Source of the DNA: Candidatus Parcubacteria bacterium
GTDB lineage: Bacteria > Patescibacteriota > Patescibacteriia > Patescibacteriales > UBA12465
Direction: 5' to 3'
DNA: 64,000 bases
Assembly: GCA_023444045.1 (NCBI GenBank)
Contig: JAEZRQ010000001.1
Location: 2,000-65,999, forward strand
How positions within the stretch are numbered: the stretch's first letter is position 1; the number at the start of each line of letters is the position of its first letter. Below are positions 1-9,454 of this stretch, one piece after another. Under the pieces are notes generated by a model, which was given only the letters and a program-made list of their open reading frames with translations, ran no database searches and had not been told where the DNA came from. Both the position numbers and the translations under genes were made by a program.

Positions 1-2
1 TA

Positions 3-2129
3 AAGGCCCTAGAAAAAGAGATTATTAAACCAAATGGTCTTATTCTAACTACCGGACCAACTGGGTCAGGAAAGACAACTACCCTGTATGCAATTTTAAA
101 TAAATTAAATAAACCGGGTACTAAAATAATTACCTTAGAAGACCCAATAGAATACCAACTGCCCGGGATTAACCAAAGTCAAGTTGATAACAAAAAAGGC
201 TACTCCTTCTCTGATGGACTAAGATCAATTTTAAGACAAGACCCTAATGTTTTGATGATTGGTGAGGTCAGAGACCTTGAAACCGCTGAAATTGCCGTTC
301 AATCATCTATTACTGGTCACTTAGTACTGTCAACTCTGCACACTAATGATGCTGCTGGAGTTATCCCCCGTCTGATTGACTTGGGAGTTAAGCCTTACTT
401 CCTGGTACCTTCTATTAATGCTGTTGTTGGTCAAAGATTAGTGAGAAAATTATGTCCTCACTGCCGAAAGGAGCACGAATTAAGTCTTGAAGAAAAAGAA
501 CAGGTTGATAAAATTCTAGCAGTTATTTCACCTAAGTCAGGCATTAGTATCCCACACAACCTACCAAAAATGTACCGAGCTGGTGATGGCTGCTCTCATT
601 GTAATTACACCGCTTACAAAGGACGTCTGGGTATTTATGAAATATTTACCATGGCCGACAACATTAAACAATTAACTATTGATAGAGCGCCATCTTTTAA
701 AATTTTGCAACAGGCGATAGAAAACGGCATGATTACTATGCTTCAAGATGGTATTTTAAAATGTTTTGAAGGAATAACCTCACTTGAAGAGGTCTACCGA
801 GTAGTTGGCAACTTTGATTATGTTAATGAGTTGTATGATATTGTCGTTTCACAAACAATTGGCCGCGGACTTAAAATTACTAACACAGATCTAGAAAAAG
901 CCCAGAATATTACCCAAGATATTAATGAATTATCTGAAATGGTGAAAAATATCCCGTCAAAAGAAGTGATTAACTTAATAATGTCTTTGGCTATTTCTAA
1001 AGACGCCGGTGATATCCATATTGAACCAAGTGATAAAGTTGTTAAGGTTCGCTTTAGAATTGATGGGGTTTTACATGATATTATTAATCTCCCAACCACA
1101 GTTTACCTGCCAGTATTATCAGAAATGAAAATTCTATCTGGTTTTGCTACTAATGTTAAAGTTGCTACCTTAGATGGACGCTTTAGTCTGCACTTAAGTG
1201 ACCGAAAAATGGATTGTCGTTTATCTATTATCTCGGGTGGATACGGGGAAACTATTGTTATTAGATTACTCTCTACTGCGGCAGTTAATTTAAGTATGGA
1301 AAATCTTGGTATTACTTCAACCGCTTTTAGTTCATTGCAAAATGCCATGAAAAAAACTAAAGGTATAATTATTACTACCGGACCAACTGGATCAGGAAAG
1401 ACAACCACCCTGTATGCAATTTTAAACAAACTAAATAAGCCAGATATTAAAATTATTACTATTGAGGATCCGATAGAATATCAACTGGCTGGTATAATGC
1501 AAACCCAAATTGACCCCGAACATGGCTATACCTTTGCTTCAGCCATGCGTTCTTTACTGCGTCAGAATCCCAACATTATGATGATTGGGGAAATTAGAGA
1601 TAATGAAACTGCTAAAATTGCAATTGAAGCAGCTTCAACTGGACACTTAGTACTATCAACTATTCACGCCAATAGTGCCGCGGGAGCAATTTCGCGCTTT
1701 TCTGGCTTAGGGGTTGATAGGCAATCACTAGCTAATTCCATGGAGTTTTCTATTGGACAACGGCTAGTAAGGCGCTTATGCCCCCATTGCAAAAAGATTG
1801 CTTCAATTGATAGCGAAACTCTTGACCGGGTAAAAATTATTTTAAGCCAAATAAAAAATCCAACCGTTGTTATTCCTTCAGAATTAATTTTCTTCACCAG
1901 TTTAGGTTGTGATAAGTGCGGCAATATCGGTTATAAAGGCAGAGTTGGTTTATACGAAACCATTACCGTCACACCAGATATCCAAAAATTAATAAAAGAT
2001 GAAAATATTACTGATTATGAAATTGAACAAGCAGCTATTTTAAATGGCACTGTTACCATGATAGCTGATGGCATCTTAAAAGCTTTAAATGGCGAAACTA
2101 GTTTAGATGAGGTATTTAGAGTTATCTAA
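3..2129 (+). CDS. Tandem-fused GspE/PilB-family (T2SS/type IV pilus) ATPase with two ATPase modules in one frame; 5' end lies outside the window
   Basis: Frame 3 is open from the window edge. Walker A GPTGSGKTTT occurs at nt ~50 and again at ~1381. Each is followed by a DPIEYQ Asp box, MIGE(V/I)RD Walker B, TGHLVLST(L/I)H His box and a CPHC...CxxC tetracysteine motif. Module 2 has its own N-terminal segment (GDIHIEP...RFRIDG). Confidence 0.85.
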   Translation, partial: KALEKEIIKPNGLILTTGPTGSGKTTTLYAILNKLNKPGTKIITLEDPIEYQLPGINQSQVDNKKGYSFSDGLRSILRQDPNVLMIGEVRDLETAEIAVQSSITGHLVLSTLHTNDAAGVIPRLIDLGVKPYFLVPSINAVVGQRLVRKLCPHCRKEHELSLEEKEQVDKILAVISPKSGISIPHNLPKMYRAGDGCSHCNYTAYKGRLGIYEIFTMADNIKQLTIDRAPSFKILQQAIENGMITMLQDGILKCFEGITSLEEVYRVVGNFDYVNELYDIVVSQTIGRGLKITNTDLEKAQNITQDINELSEMVKNIPSKEVINLIMSLAISKDAGDIHIEPSDKVVKVRFRIDGVLHDIINLPTTVYLPVLSEMKILSGFATNVKVATLDGRFSLHLSDRKMDCRLSIISGGYGETIVIRLLSTAAVNLSMENLGITSTAFSSLQNAMKKTKGIIITTGPTGSGKTTTLYAILNKLNKPDIKIITIEDPIEYQLAGIMQTQIDPEHGYTFASAMRSLLRQNPNIMMIGEIRDNETAKIAIEAASTGHLVLSTIHANSAAGAISRFSGLGVDRQSLANSMEFSIGQRLVRRLCPHCKKIASIDSETLDRVKIILSQIKNPTVVIPSELIFFTSLGCDKCGNIGYKGRVGLYETITVTPDIQKLIKDENITDYEIEQAAILNGTVTMIADGILKALNGETSLDEVFRVI

Positions 2130-2133
2130 AAAT

Positions 2134-2706
2134 ATGATTAATAAAAATTTTTTAAACGGTTTAAAAAAGAGCTACAGAGAACAAGAGTCGCAGAGAAGAC
2201 AAATTATTTCTTTGTCTAATGAAGTTTTGTTTCATTCTAAAAAAGCAATCTTTGCCCTACACCGCCATGATCTTAAAATTGCTGAAGAAAAATTAACGGA
2301 GATGGAGGTGGTTTTAACTAAATTAGAAAAAAAGTTTGGCGTTAAAAGAATTGAAGAAGAGGGGGCATACCGTGCTGCTACTGAGGAATATGTAGAAGCA
2401 AAATTACTAGCCGCTGTTGTTAAGGGGCAAAAGATTGATAAAATTAAAGGTTTAAAGTTAGATAATGACGCCTATTTAGGAGGAATTTGCGACCTACTAG
2501 GTGAAATGGTCAGACTAGCAACCAATGAGGCGGCGGCTGGAAAGTTTACTGAAGTAGAAAAAATAAAAAAGTTTGCTAGTGAAATAATGGATCAACTGAT
2601 TGACTTTGACATGACGGGCTATCTTAGAACCAAATATGATCAAGCCCGTGGCCATTTAAGAAAACTAGAACAGATGGCTTATGAAATAAAATTAAGAGTA
2701 AACTAA
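2134..2706 (+). CDS. Translin-family (COG2178-like) putative nucleic-acid-binding protein
   Basis: All-helical ~190 aa protein with DAYLGGICDLLGEMVRLA, resembling the translin/TRAX YLxGxxDLTGELxR signature. Start placed at ATG 2134, just after the upstream stop. Confidence 0.6.
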   Translation: MINKNFLNGLKKSYREQESQRRQIISLSNEVLFHSKKAIFALHRHDLKIAEEKLTEMEVVLTKLEKKFGVKRIEEEGAYRAATEEYVEAKLLAAVVKGQKIDKIKGLKLDNDAYLGGICDLLGEMVRLATNEAAAGKFTEVEKIKKFASEIMDQLIDFDMTGYLRTKYDQARGHLRKLEQMAYEIKLRVN

Positions 2707-3194
2707 TGAGAGTCGCCATCTTTTCTGATTTACATGATAATTTACCTAACTTAAATCTATTTTTAAATTGGGTAAATAAAAACAAGATTGATAGTCTTGT
2801 TTTTTGTGGTGACCTGGCTAGCGCCGACACCCTTAAAGAATTGGCTACTAGTTTTAAAAAAGATATTTTCATCGTCGGTGGTAATGCCGACTCTTTCTAC
2901 AAAAAGGAGGCGGCTCAGTTTAAAAATGTTACTTACCGTGAAGATAAATTAGAATTTAAGCTAGATAATAAAAAAATTATTATTACTCACAAGCCAGCCG
3001 ACCTAAAAAAATATCTATCTGAAAATAATAATTTTGATTTTGCTTTCTACGGGCACACTCATAAGCCTTGGATAAAACAAGAAGGTGGCGTGATAGTGGC
3101 TAATCCAGGAACTTTGAAAGAATATTTAGGAAGATCATCATTTGCCACTCTTGATACAAAAAATGGAAAATTAGAACTAAAAATACTTGAATAA
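2706..3194 (+). CDS. YfcE/MJ0936-family metallophosphoesterase
   Basis: Motifs SDLHDN, CGDL, GGNAD and YGHTHKPW in the canonical order for the calcineurin-like phosphoesterase fold. Confidence 0.8.
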   Translation: MRVAIFSDLHDNLPNLNLFLNWVNKNKIDSLVFCGDLASADTLKELATSFKKDIFIVGGNADSFYKKEAAQFKNVTYREDKLEFKLDNKKIIITHKPADLKKYLSENNNFDFAFYGHTHKPWIKQEGGVIVANPGTLKEYLGRSSFATLDTKNGKLELKILE

Positions 3195-3222
3195 AAAAAT
3201 AAGGCTTAAAGCCTTATTTTTT
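3193..3222. terminator. Bidirectional intrinsic terminator between convergent genes
   Basis: Hairpin taaggc-ttaaa-gcctta flanked by an A-run and a T-run. Confidence 0.7.
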
Positions 3223-5701
3223 AAACCATCTTTTTTAAATACTTACCGGTATAACTCCCTTTTATTTTAGCAATTTGAGCTGGGGTTCCGGTAGCCACAA
3301 TTTCTCCACCCTTCTCACCACCACCAGGACCCAAGTCAATTACCCAATCAACGGCTTTAATAACATCTAGGTTGTGTTCAATAATCAAAACCGTGTTTCC
3401 TTGATCAACAAGTAGATTTAGAACTTGAAGCAGACGGTCAATATCGGCAAAATGAAGCCCCGTAGTCGGCTCATCTAAAATATACAAAGTTTTACCCGTT
3501 GCTCTTCTAGATAACTCCGTAGCTAATTTAATACGCTGCGCTTCGCCGCCAGAAAAAGTTGTAGCTGCTTGACCAAGTCTAATATAACCTAAACCTACTT
3601 TATATAAAGTTTCTAGCTTATGATATAGTGCCGACTGATCTCTAAAAAAAGACATTGCTTCTTTTACGGTCATATTCAAAACTTCATAAATATTTTTTCC
3701 TTGATATTTAACAGCCAAAACATTGTGTTTAAATCTTTGCCCCTGACAAACATCACAAGTTAGGTAGATATCTGATAAAAATTGCATTTCTACTTTTATA
3801 ACCCCGTCGCCAGAACAATTTTCACAACGACCCCCAGGAACATTGAAGGAAAAATGACCAGCACTCAGTCCACGAGTTTTTGATTCCGGCAAATTGGCAT
3901 ATAAATCCCGAATATAGGTAAAGAGTCCTGTATAGGTAGCCGGGTTAGAACGAGGGGTGCGCCCAATTGGTGATTGGTCAATATCAATTACTTTATCAAT
4001 ATTTTCCAGGCCTAAAATTTCTTGATGTTTTCCTGGCTCAGTTTTAGCGCGGTAAAATTTCTTATTTAAGGCATTAGCTAAAATATCACTCATTAAAGTA
4101 GACTTTCCTGAACCAGAAACACCAGTAATCGCTACTAATTTTCCTAAAGGAATTTCAACATCAATATTTTTTAAATTGTGTTCACTAGCCTTAATTATCT
4201 TTAAAAACTTACCCGTATCTTTATGACTTAAACCACGAGCTCTAATAGTTTTGCGTCCAGAAAGATAATCACCAGTTAAAGAATCAGAACAATTCTTTAT
4301 CTCACTGGGTTCGCCAGCAAAAACAATTTCCCCACCATATTCACCCGCTCCCGGTCCAACATCAATTAAGTAATCAGCAGCTAACATAGTACTTTCGTCA
4401 TGTTCAACCACAATTACCGTATTACCATTGTCTCTAAGGTTTTTTAAAGTTTCAATTAACTTATCATTATCCCTTTGATGTAAACCAATTGATGGTTCAT
4501 CTAAAATATAAAGAACGCCACTTAAGGTTGATCCTACTTGAGTAGCCAATCTTATTCTCTGGGCTTCACCGCCTGAAAGACTGGTGGCGCTACGGGAAAG
4601 AGTTAAATAATCAAGACCGACTTTAATTAAAAAATCTAAATTTTTTAAAACTTCTTGGATGATTGGTTCAATAATAACCGACTTGCCATTAAAACATTTT
4701 TCATTAGTCTGCCAAGCGATTAAGGTTTCTTTTAATTTGTGAATATTTAAATTAGACAACTGAATAATATTCAGATTATCTATTTTCACCGCTAGAGACT
4801 CTTTAGAAAGGCGATTGCCGCCGCAACTAGAGCAATCAGATAATCTCATCGCTTTTTCAATCTCCTGCTTAACAAAATTAGACTTTGTATTGCTATGCTT
4901 TTCTGTTAAATAGCTTATTAAACCATTCCAAAAATTATCACCATGAAGTAGTGCTTTTCTTTGCTCTTTATTTAAGTCTTTAACTGCAATGTCTAAATCA
5001 AAGTTATGACGACTAGCTAATTTTCTCAGACTATCTAATAAATTAGCTTGACTGGTGGAATTAGTGTGCGCTAAAGACTTAATCGCCCCCTGATTAATAC
5101 TTAATTTTTCATTAAAAACCAGAGTCTCATCAATCTCTAGCTTATTACCGAGTCCAGCGCAATCAGGACAAGCACCATAACTAGAATTGAAAGAAAAATC
5201 CCTCGGCAGTGGTTCAGTTCTTTTAAAATCACATTTAGGACAATTATAAAAAAATATTTTATCTCTGGCTTCGGAATTTTTTTTATCTTTATTAATCGCC
5301 ACCCCCTCTTTCTTTAGTTTTAAATTGCAACAAGGGCAGTAAGAAACGCCAACCTTAGAATAAAGTAAGCGCAGATAATCATAAATTTCGGTAATTGTTC
5401 CGACTGTTGAACGAGGATTATTGCCAACAGAACGCTGATCAATAGAAATTGCCGGTGACAAGCCCTCAATAATATCCACGTCTGGTTTATCCATTAAGCC
5501 CACAAATTGACGAGCATAAGAGGAAAGGGATTCCACGTAGCGACGCTGTCCTTCGGCATAGATAGTGTCAAAAGCTAAAGAAGATTTTCCAGAACCAGAT
5601 AGACCAGTAATAACAACCAATTTGTTTCTTGGCACATCTAAGCTAACGTTTTTTAAGTTATTAGCTCTAGCCCCGCGAATTTTAATAAAATCAGCTGACA
5701 T
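3221..5701 (-). CDS. uvrA: Excinuclease ABC subunit A (short form lacking the UvrB-binding insert)
   Basis: Two ABC ATPase modules ([18 protein letters not shown]; two LSGGEAQR signatures) and zinc modules (CPCC...CPKC...CPDC, CENC...CDVC). At 826 aa it is shorter than the canonical ~940 aa. Confidence 0.9.
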   Translation of the reverse strand: MSADFIKIRGARANNLKNVSLDVPRNKLVVITGLSGSGKSSLAFDTIYAEGQRRYVESLSSYARQFVGLMDKPDVDIIEGLSPAISIDQRSVGNNPRSTVGTITEIYDYLRLLYSKVGVSYCPCCNLKLKKEGVAINKDKKNSEARDKIFFYNCPKCDFKRTEPLPRDFSFNSSYGACPDCAGLGNKLEIDETLVFNEKLSINQGAIKSLAHTNSTSQANLLDSLRKLASRHNFDLDIAVKDLNKEQRKALLHGDNFWNGLISYLTEKHSNTKSNFVKQEIEKAMRLSDCSSCGGNRLSKESLAVKIDNLNIIQLSNLNIHKLKETLIAWQTNEKCFNGKSVIIEPIIQEVLKNLDFLIKVGLDYLTLSRSATSLSGGEAQRIRLATQVGSTLSGVLYILDEPSIGLHQRDNDKLIETLKNLRDNGNTVIVVEHDESTMLAADYLIDVGPGAGEYGGEIVFAGEPSEIKNCSDSLTGDYLSGRKTIRARGLSHKDTGKFLKIIKASEHNLKNIDVEIPLGKLVAITGVSGSGKSTLMSDILANALNKKFYRAKTEPGKHQEILGLENIDKVIDIDQSPIGRTPRSNPATYTGLFTYIRDLYANLPESKTRGLSAGHFSFNVPGGRCENCSGDGVIKVEMQFLSDIYLTCDVCQGQRFKHNVLAVKYQGKNIYEVLNMTVKEAMSFFRDQSALYHKLETLYKVGLGYIRLGQAATTFSGGEAQRIKLATELSRRATGKTLYILDEPTTGLHFADIDRLLQVLNLLVDQGNTVLIIEHNLDVIKAVDWVIDLGPGGGEKGGEIVATGTPAQIAKIKGSYTGKYLKKMV

Positions 5702-5799
5702 TTTATTTTAAAAATAATTTTTAATTAGCCTATATGATAGCCTAAAAATTATAAAAAAACAAGCCCCCGATGATTTGAGCTTGTTTTGATTCCAGCTGC

Positions 5800-6837
5800 T
5801 TAAAATATGGGGTAGAAAAATTTTAGGATACCAATTAACAGATAATCTCCTAAAGAGAGTTTTCTTTCCAGTCCAGAAAAAAGTTCTGACTCTCTTTTCC
5901 ATTTATCCAGTAGAGAAATCAGGCTGTTTATCATGTTTTTCTGTCTAAAGAAAATACCAACCTCCATATTTGGACCAAAAGATAAGATATCTAAATTTTG
6001 CGAACCGACAACACCCTCCTCATCATCTACTAACATCAGCTTCGCGTGATTCATAGTTGGCAGAAAATAACATTTAACACCAACCGCGGTTAACCGACTA
6101 GAATTAAGGTGGTTTACCTTATTAAGAAGTACATAATCTGTATCTTGAGGCATAATTATTTCTACCAGCACCCCGCGACGAACGGCACTATCAAGTAAGG
6201 CCAAAAGCCAACGCGGCGGCAAAAGATAAGGGGTAACGATTTGAATTGATTTTTTGGCCTCTAAAATCTTATTCTTATAATAATTATTTAGGTAATAAGA
6301 ATGTTGAGTATTTGACCAGTTATCCACCAACCAGCCCTTAATTTTTTGCGGAAAGGAATAATCATTATATTTTAAAATTGAACTTTTTTGACCGCCGGAC
6401 ATTTTATAAGAATAAGCAAAAGACTTAATAATTGGTTTAATTATCTTTCCTTCCAGTCTCATTTGCAAATCTAACCAATAGCGAGTTTTTTCTTCAATAT
6501 TAACCCCACCGATAAAAGCTACTCTATTATCCACCACTAAAATTTTCCGGTGAGTCCGACGCAACAAATGACTGAAAAAAAGTATTTCTACCCCGGCTTC
6601 TTTTAATTCTTTAACTGAACTTGATTTTAACTGGTGACTACCAAAAAGATCTATTACCAAAGAAACTTCAACTCCAGAATTAGCTTTTGATTTTAACAAA
6701 CCTAAAAAATCATGAGTCACAGCAGTGTCATCTAGAAAAATATACATTTCCAAGTATATTGATTTTGTGGCTAAGGAAATTGCTTTTAGCATTCCATCCC
6801 AAGCTTTGGTTGAAGTAGTGTAAAAACGATATTTCAT
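5800..6837 (-). CDS. Phospholipase D / cardiolipin-synthase-like protein (two HKD motifs)
   Basis: HRKILVVDNRVAFIGGVNI and HAKLMLVDDEEGVVGSQNLD form two HxKxxxxD motifs. No N-terminal TM segments are seen. Confidence 0.8.
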   Translation of the reverse strand: MKYRFYTTSTKAWDGMLKAISLATKSIYLEMYIFLDDTAVTHDFLGLLKSKANSGVEVSLVIDLFGSHQLKSSSVKELKEAGVEILFFSHLLRRTHRKILVVDNRVAFIGGVNIEEKTRYWLDLQMRLEGKIIKPIIKSFAYSYKMSGGQKSSILKYNDYSFPQKIKGWLVDNWSNTQHSYYLNNYYKNKILEAKKSIQIVTPYLLPPRWLLALLDSAVRRGVLVEIIMPQDTDYVLLNKVNHLNSSRLTAVGVKCYFLPTMNHAKLMLVDDEEGVVGSQNLDILSFGPNMEVGIFFRQKNMINSLISLLDKWKRESELFSGLERKLSLGDYLLIGILKFFYPIF

Positions 6838-6964
6838 AACTTCCTAATCTAGTTTTCAGGCTTTTAGAATTAGATTATAACAGAAAAATCACTTTTAAAA
6901 CAGCCACTTAGATGTTCTTATTCTGCTTTTAAGTTATAATATAATAGTAACCACTTTTAAATGT

Positions 6965-8491
6965 ATGAAAATTATTAATAAACTCTTACTTTTTTATTTC
7001 AAGAAACGCTTAAGTAAAATAGCAAACTTTGAAAAAACCCCCGGAGAGATTCAGCAAAAAACTTTTTTCTTTTTGTTAAAAAAGTCTCAAAAAACTCTGT
7101 GGGGCCAGAAATATGTTTACCAAGATATTTTAGAGAGCAAAAATTTTTCTGAAGCTTTAAAAAAGTTCCAAAAAAATATCCCGCTTTATTATTATGACGA
7201 TTTTAAGCCCTGGATAGAGAAGGTTAGAAAAGGAGAAAAAAATATTATTTGGCCTGGAAGAATAAAAATGTTTTCTAAATCTTCTGGAACAACTAGTGAT
7301 AAAAGTAAATTTTTACCAGTAACAAAAAGAGCTCTGAAAAACTGCCATTTTGCTGGCGGACAAGATGCTTTTGCGATGTATTTAAAAAACAATCCCAAAT
7401 CAAAACTATTTAGTGGAAAAATATTAGGACTAGTCGGCTCCTTAAAAGAGGATGAACTTAATTCTAAAAATGATTGCGGCGATATTTCTGCTATTATCCT
7501 ACGCCACCTACCGACCTGGATCCAAAAGATGCGGGTTCCTAAATTTAAAACATCATTAATGAGCGAATGGGAAGCTAAACTAAAAGCGATTATAGAAGAT
7601 AGTAAGAATGAAAATGTAGTGGCGCTCGCCGGTGCTCCTTCTTGGATGCTGGTGCTACTGCAAAAAATGGAGCAAATCACGGGCAGGAAAATAAAAGAAT
7701 TGTGGCCAAACCTGGAAGTAATGTTTTATGGCGGCATGTCGATGACACCATACCTTGAACAATATAAAAACATCATCGGTCCAGATTTAAAATATATTGA
7801 AACTTATGGCGCCTCTGAAGGCTTGTTTGGCGCTAACGCTGATAGTGATAAAAATGATTTACTACTAATGTTAGACTATGAAATTTTTTATGAGTTTGTG
7901 CCGCTAGAAAAACTAAATGAAGAAAATCCACCCGCTCTTTTCCTGTCCGAGGTAGAGCTTGATAAAAATTATGCTTTAGTTATTTCCAGCAGCGCTGGTT
8001 TGTGGCGTTACGTTTTGGGTGACACTATCAAATTTACTAGCCTTAAACCATATCGCTTTATTATCAGTGGCCGCACTAAAAGTTTTATCAACGTCTTCGG
8101 TGAAGAACTTATGGAAAGTAACGCTAGTCAGGCACTAATAGATACCTGTAAACAAACAAACACAATTGTTAAAGAATATTGCGTTGCTCCCGTATTTATG
8201 ACCACTGATCAAAAAGGGGCGCATGAGTGGTTGATTGAATTTGAAAAGGAACCAGAAGATTTAGAAAGCTTCAGGGAGACTCTAGATATTAATCTACAAA
8301 AAATTAATTCAGACTATGAAGCTAAAAGATATAAGGACATGACTTTAGAAAAATTAAAGATTAGTGTTGCCCGGTCCGGCCTGTTTATGGACTGGCTGGC
8401 GGCTAAAAATAAATTAGGTGGCCAGAATAAAGTGCCAAAATTATTTAATGACCGCAATGTTTTTGAAGAAATAGTTAAATTAAATTACTAA
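6965..8491 (+). CDS. GH3 (auxin-responsive-promoter) family acyl-adenylate-forming enzyme
   Basis: SKSSGTTSDKSKFLPVT and TYGASEG motifs, with ~500 aa length typical of bacterial GH3 proteins. Confidence 0.8.
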   Translation: MKIINKLLLFYFKKRLSKIANFEKTPGEIQQKTFFFLLKKSQKTLWGQKYVYQDILESKNFSEALKKFQKNIPLYYYDDFKPWIEKVRKGEKNIIWPGRIKMFSKSSGTTSDKSKFLPVTKRALKNCHFAGGQDAFAMYLKNNPKSKLFSGKILGLVGSLKEDELNSKNDCGDISAIILRHLPTWIQKMRVPKFKTSLMSEWEAKLKAIIEDSKNENVVALAGAPSWMLVLLQKMEQITGRKIKELWPNLEVMFYGGMSMTPYLEQYKNIIGPDLKYIETYGASEGLFGANADSDKNDLLLMLDYEIFYEFVPLEKLNEENPPALFLSEVELDKNYALVISSSAGLWRYVLGDTIKFTSLKPYRFIISGRTKSFINVFGEELMESNASQALIDTCKQTNTIVKEYCVAPVFMTTDQKGAHEWLIEFEKEPEDLESFRETLDINLQKINSDYEAKRYKDMTLEKLKISVARSGLFMDWLAAKNKLGGQNKVPKLFNDRNVFEEIVKLNY

Positions 8492-8585
8492 AATAGGCCT
8501 CGTGCCTATTTTTTGTAGTCTTGACTAATTGCTCTTTTACTGTTAATCTTTGGTGAATTAGTACATAAACAAATCAAAAAAAATA

Positions 8586-9314
8586 ATGCCTATGAAAACA
8601 AAAGTGATTGTAAACGGCTTGCCTGGCAGTACACCCAGAGCAATTGCCGCAGCTATTATTGCATCTGATCAATTTGAACTGTTACCTATTAGCTTAACTG
8701 GGCCAGAAATTAAGGTAAAAAACATTACAATCAGTAATATGCCTGTAAAATTATTAGGGCCTGAAGAAAAAAATCAACTTCTCACCAGAGGTTGGCCGGA
8801 TGTGGTGATTCATTTCGCCAACAACGAAGGATTGGAAGAAAGTTTGCTTTTTTATGAGAAGAATAAGCTGCCTTTTATTGTCTGTGCTGCTGGCGTGGAA
8901 TTAAAACTCATTCAGACAAGCGTCATGAAAGCGGGTATTAATGCTGTATATGCACATAATTTCACCAAAGAGATGACAGCTTTTCAGGCGATGATTGAAT
9001 TTGCGGCCAAAAACTTTCCGGAGTTCAAAAATTATCACCTTGAAGTTACCGGCGAGAAGAAAAGAAAAGCTTCGTTAAGCTATAAGATACCGGCAGGCTT
9101 CTGGAATTATAGTGAAAATTGCCTTTACTCCCTAAAGAAGGAGGATGGTTCCATTTTCCTACAATTTAATTACCAGGCAGATATCAAATCATGTGTGGAC
9201 GGTTATCTGGAGGCGGTGAAATTTTTGGCGGCGGTTAAAAAGTTTTCCTTGAGCCAAGGAAAAACTTATTTTATGACCGATGTTTTCTCTGAAGAGTATA
9301 AACGATTTAAATAA
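8586..9314 (+). CDS. Hypothetical protein, weakly DapB-like N-terminal NAD(P)-binding region
   Basis: N-terminal KVIVNGLPGSTPRAIAAAI resembles plant/Bacteroidetes-type dihydrodipicolinate reductase. The catalytic HHxxKxDAPSGTA-type motif was not found. G+C looks higher than in neighbouring genes. Confidence 0.3.
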   Translation: MPMKTKVIVNGLPGSTPRAIAAAIIASDQFELLPISLTGPEIKVKNITISNMPVKLLGPEEKNQLLTRGWPDVVIHFANNEGLEESLLFYEKNKLPFIVCAAGVELKLIQTSVMKAGINAVYAHNFTKEMTAFQAMIEFAAKNFPEFKNYHLEVTGEKKRKASLSYKIPAGFWNYSENCLYSLKKEDGSIFLQFNYQADIKSCVDGYLEAVKFLAAVKKFSLSQGKTYFMTDVFSEEYKRFK

Positions 9315-9415
9315 CCATATAAAAAAGCGGTGTAGTAATTACAACCGCTTTTTTGTTTTATGTAGTTTTTAAAAATTAGTTTTTAAAAAATTTAAACAAG
9401 ATCAGACAAGGTTTG

Positions 9416-9444
9416 TTGACAATCGTCTAATAATCGTCTATAAT
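9416..9444 (+). promoter_or_regulatory. Consensus sigma70-type promoter of the Fic gene
   Basis: TTGACA (9416-9421), 17-nt spacer, TATAAT (9439-9444). The spacer holds a tandem direct repeat AATCGTCTA-at-AATCGTCTA. The ATG lies 10 nt after the -10 box. Confidence 0.75.
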
Positions 9445-9454
9445 TAGACTATAT

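Noticed and set aside
818-1924. Three minus-strand ORFs (818-1099, 1103-1429, 1664-1924) inside the PilB-like gene
   Set aside because: They are antisense shadow ORFs of a well-supported coding frame. Their translations are low-complexity with no motifs.
5708-5902. 64-aa minus-strand ORF between uvrA and the PLD-like gene
   Set aside because: It overlaps the 3' end of the PLD-like gene out of frame and covers the uvrA promoter region. Its composition is not protein-like.
7192-7680. 162-aa minus-strand ORF inside the GH3 gene
   Set aside because: It is an antisense shadow of a conserved-motif-bearing frame.
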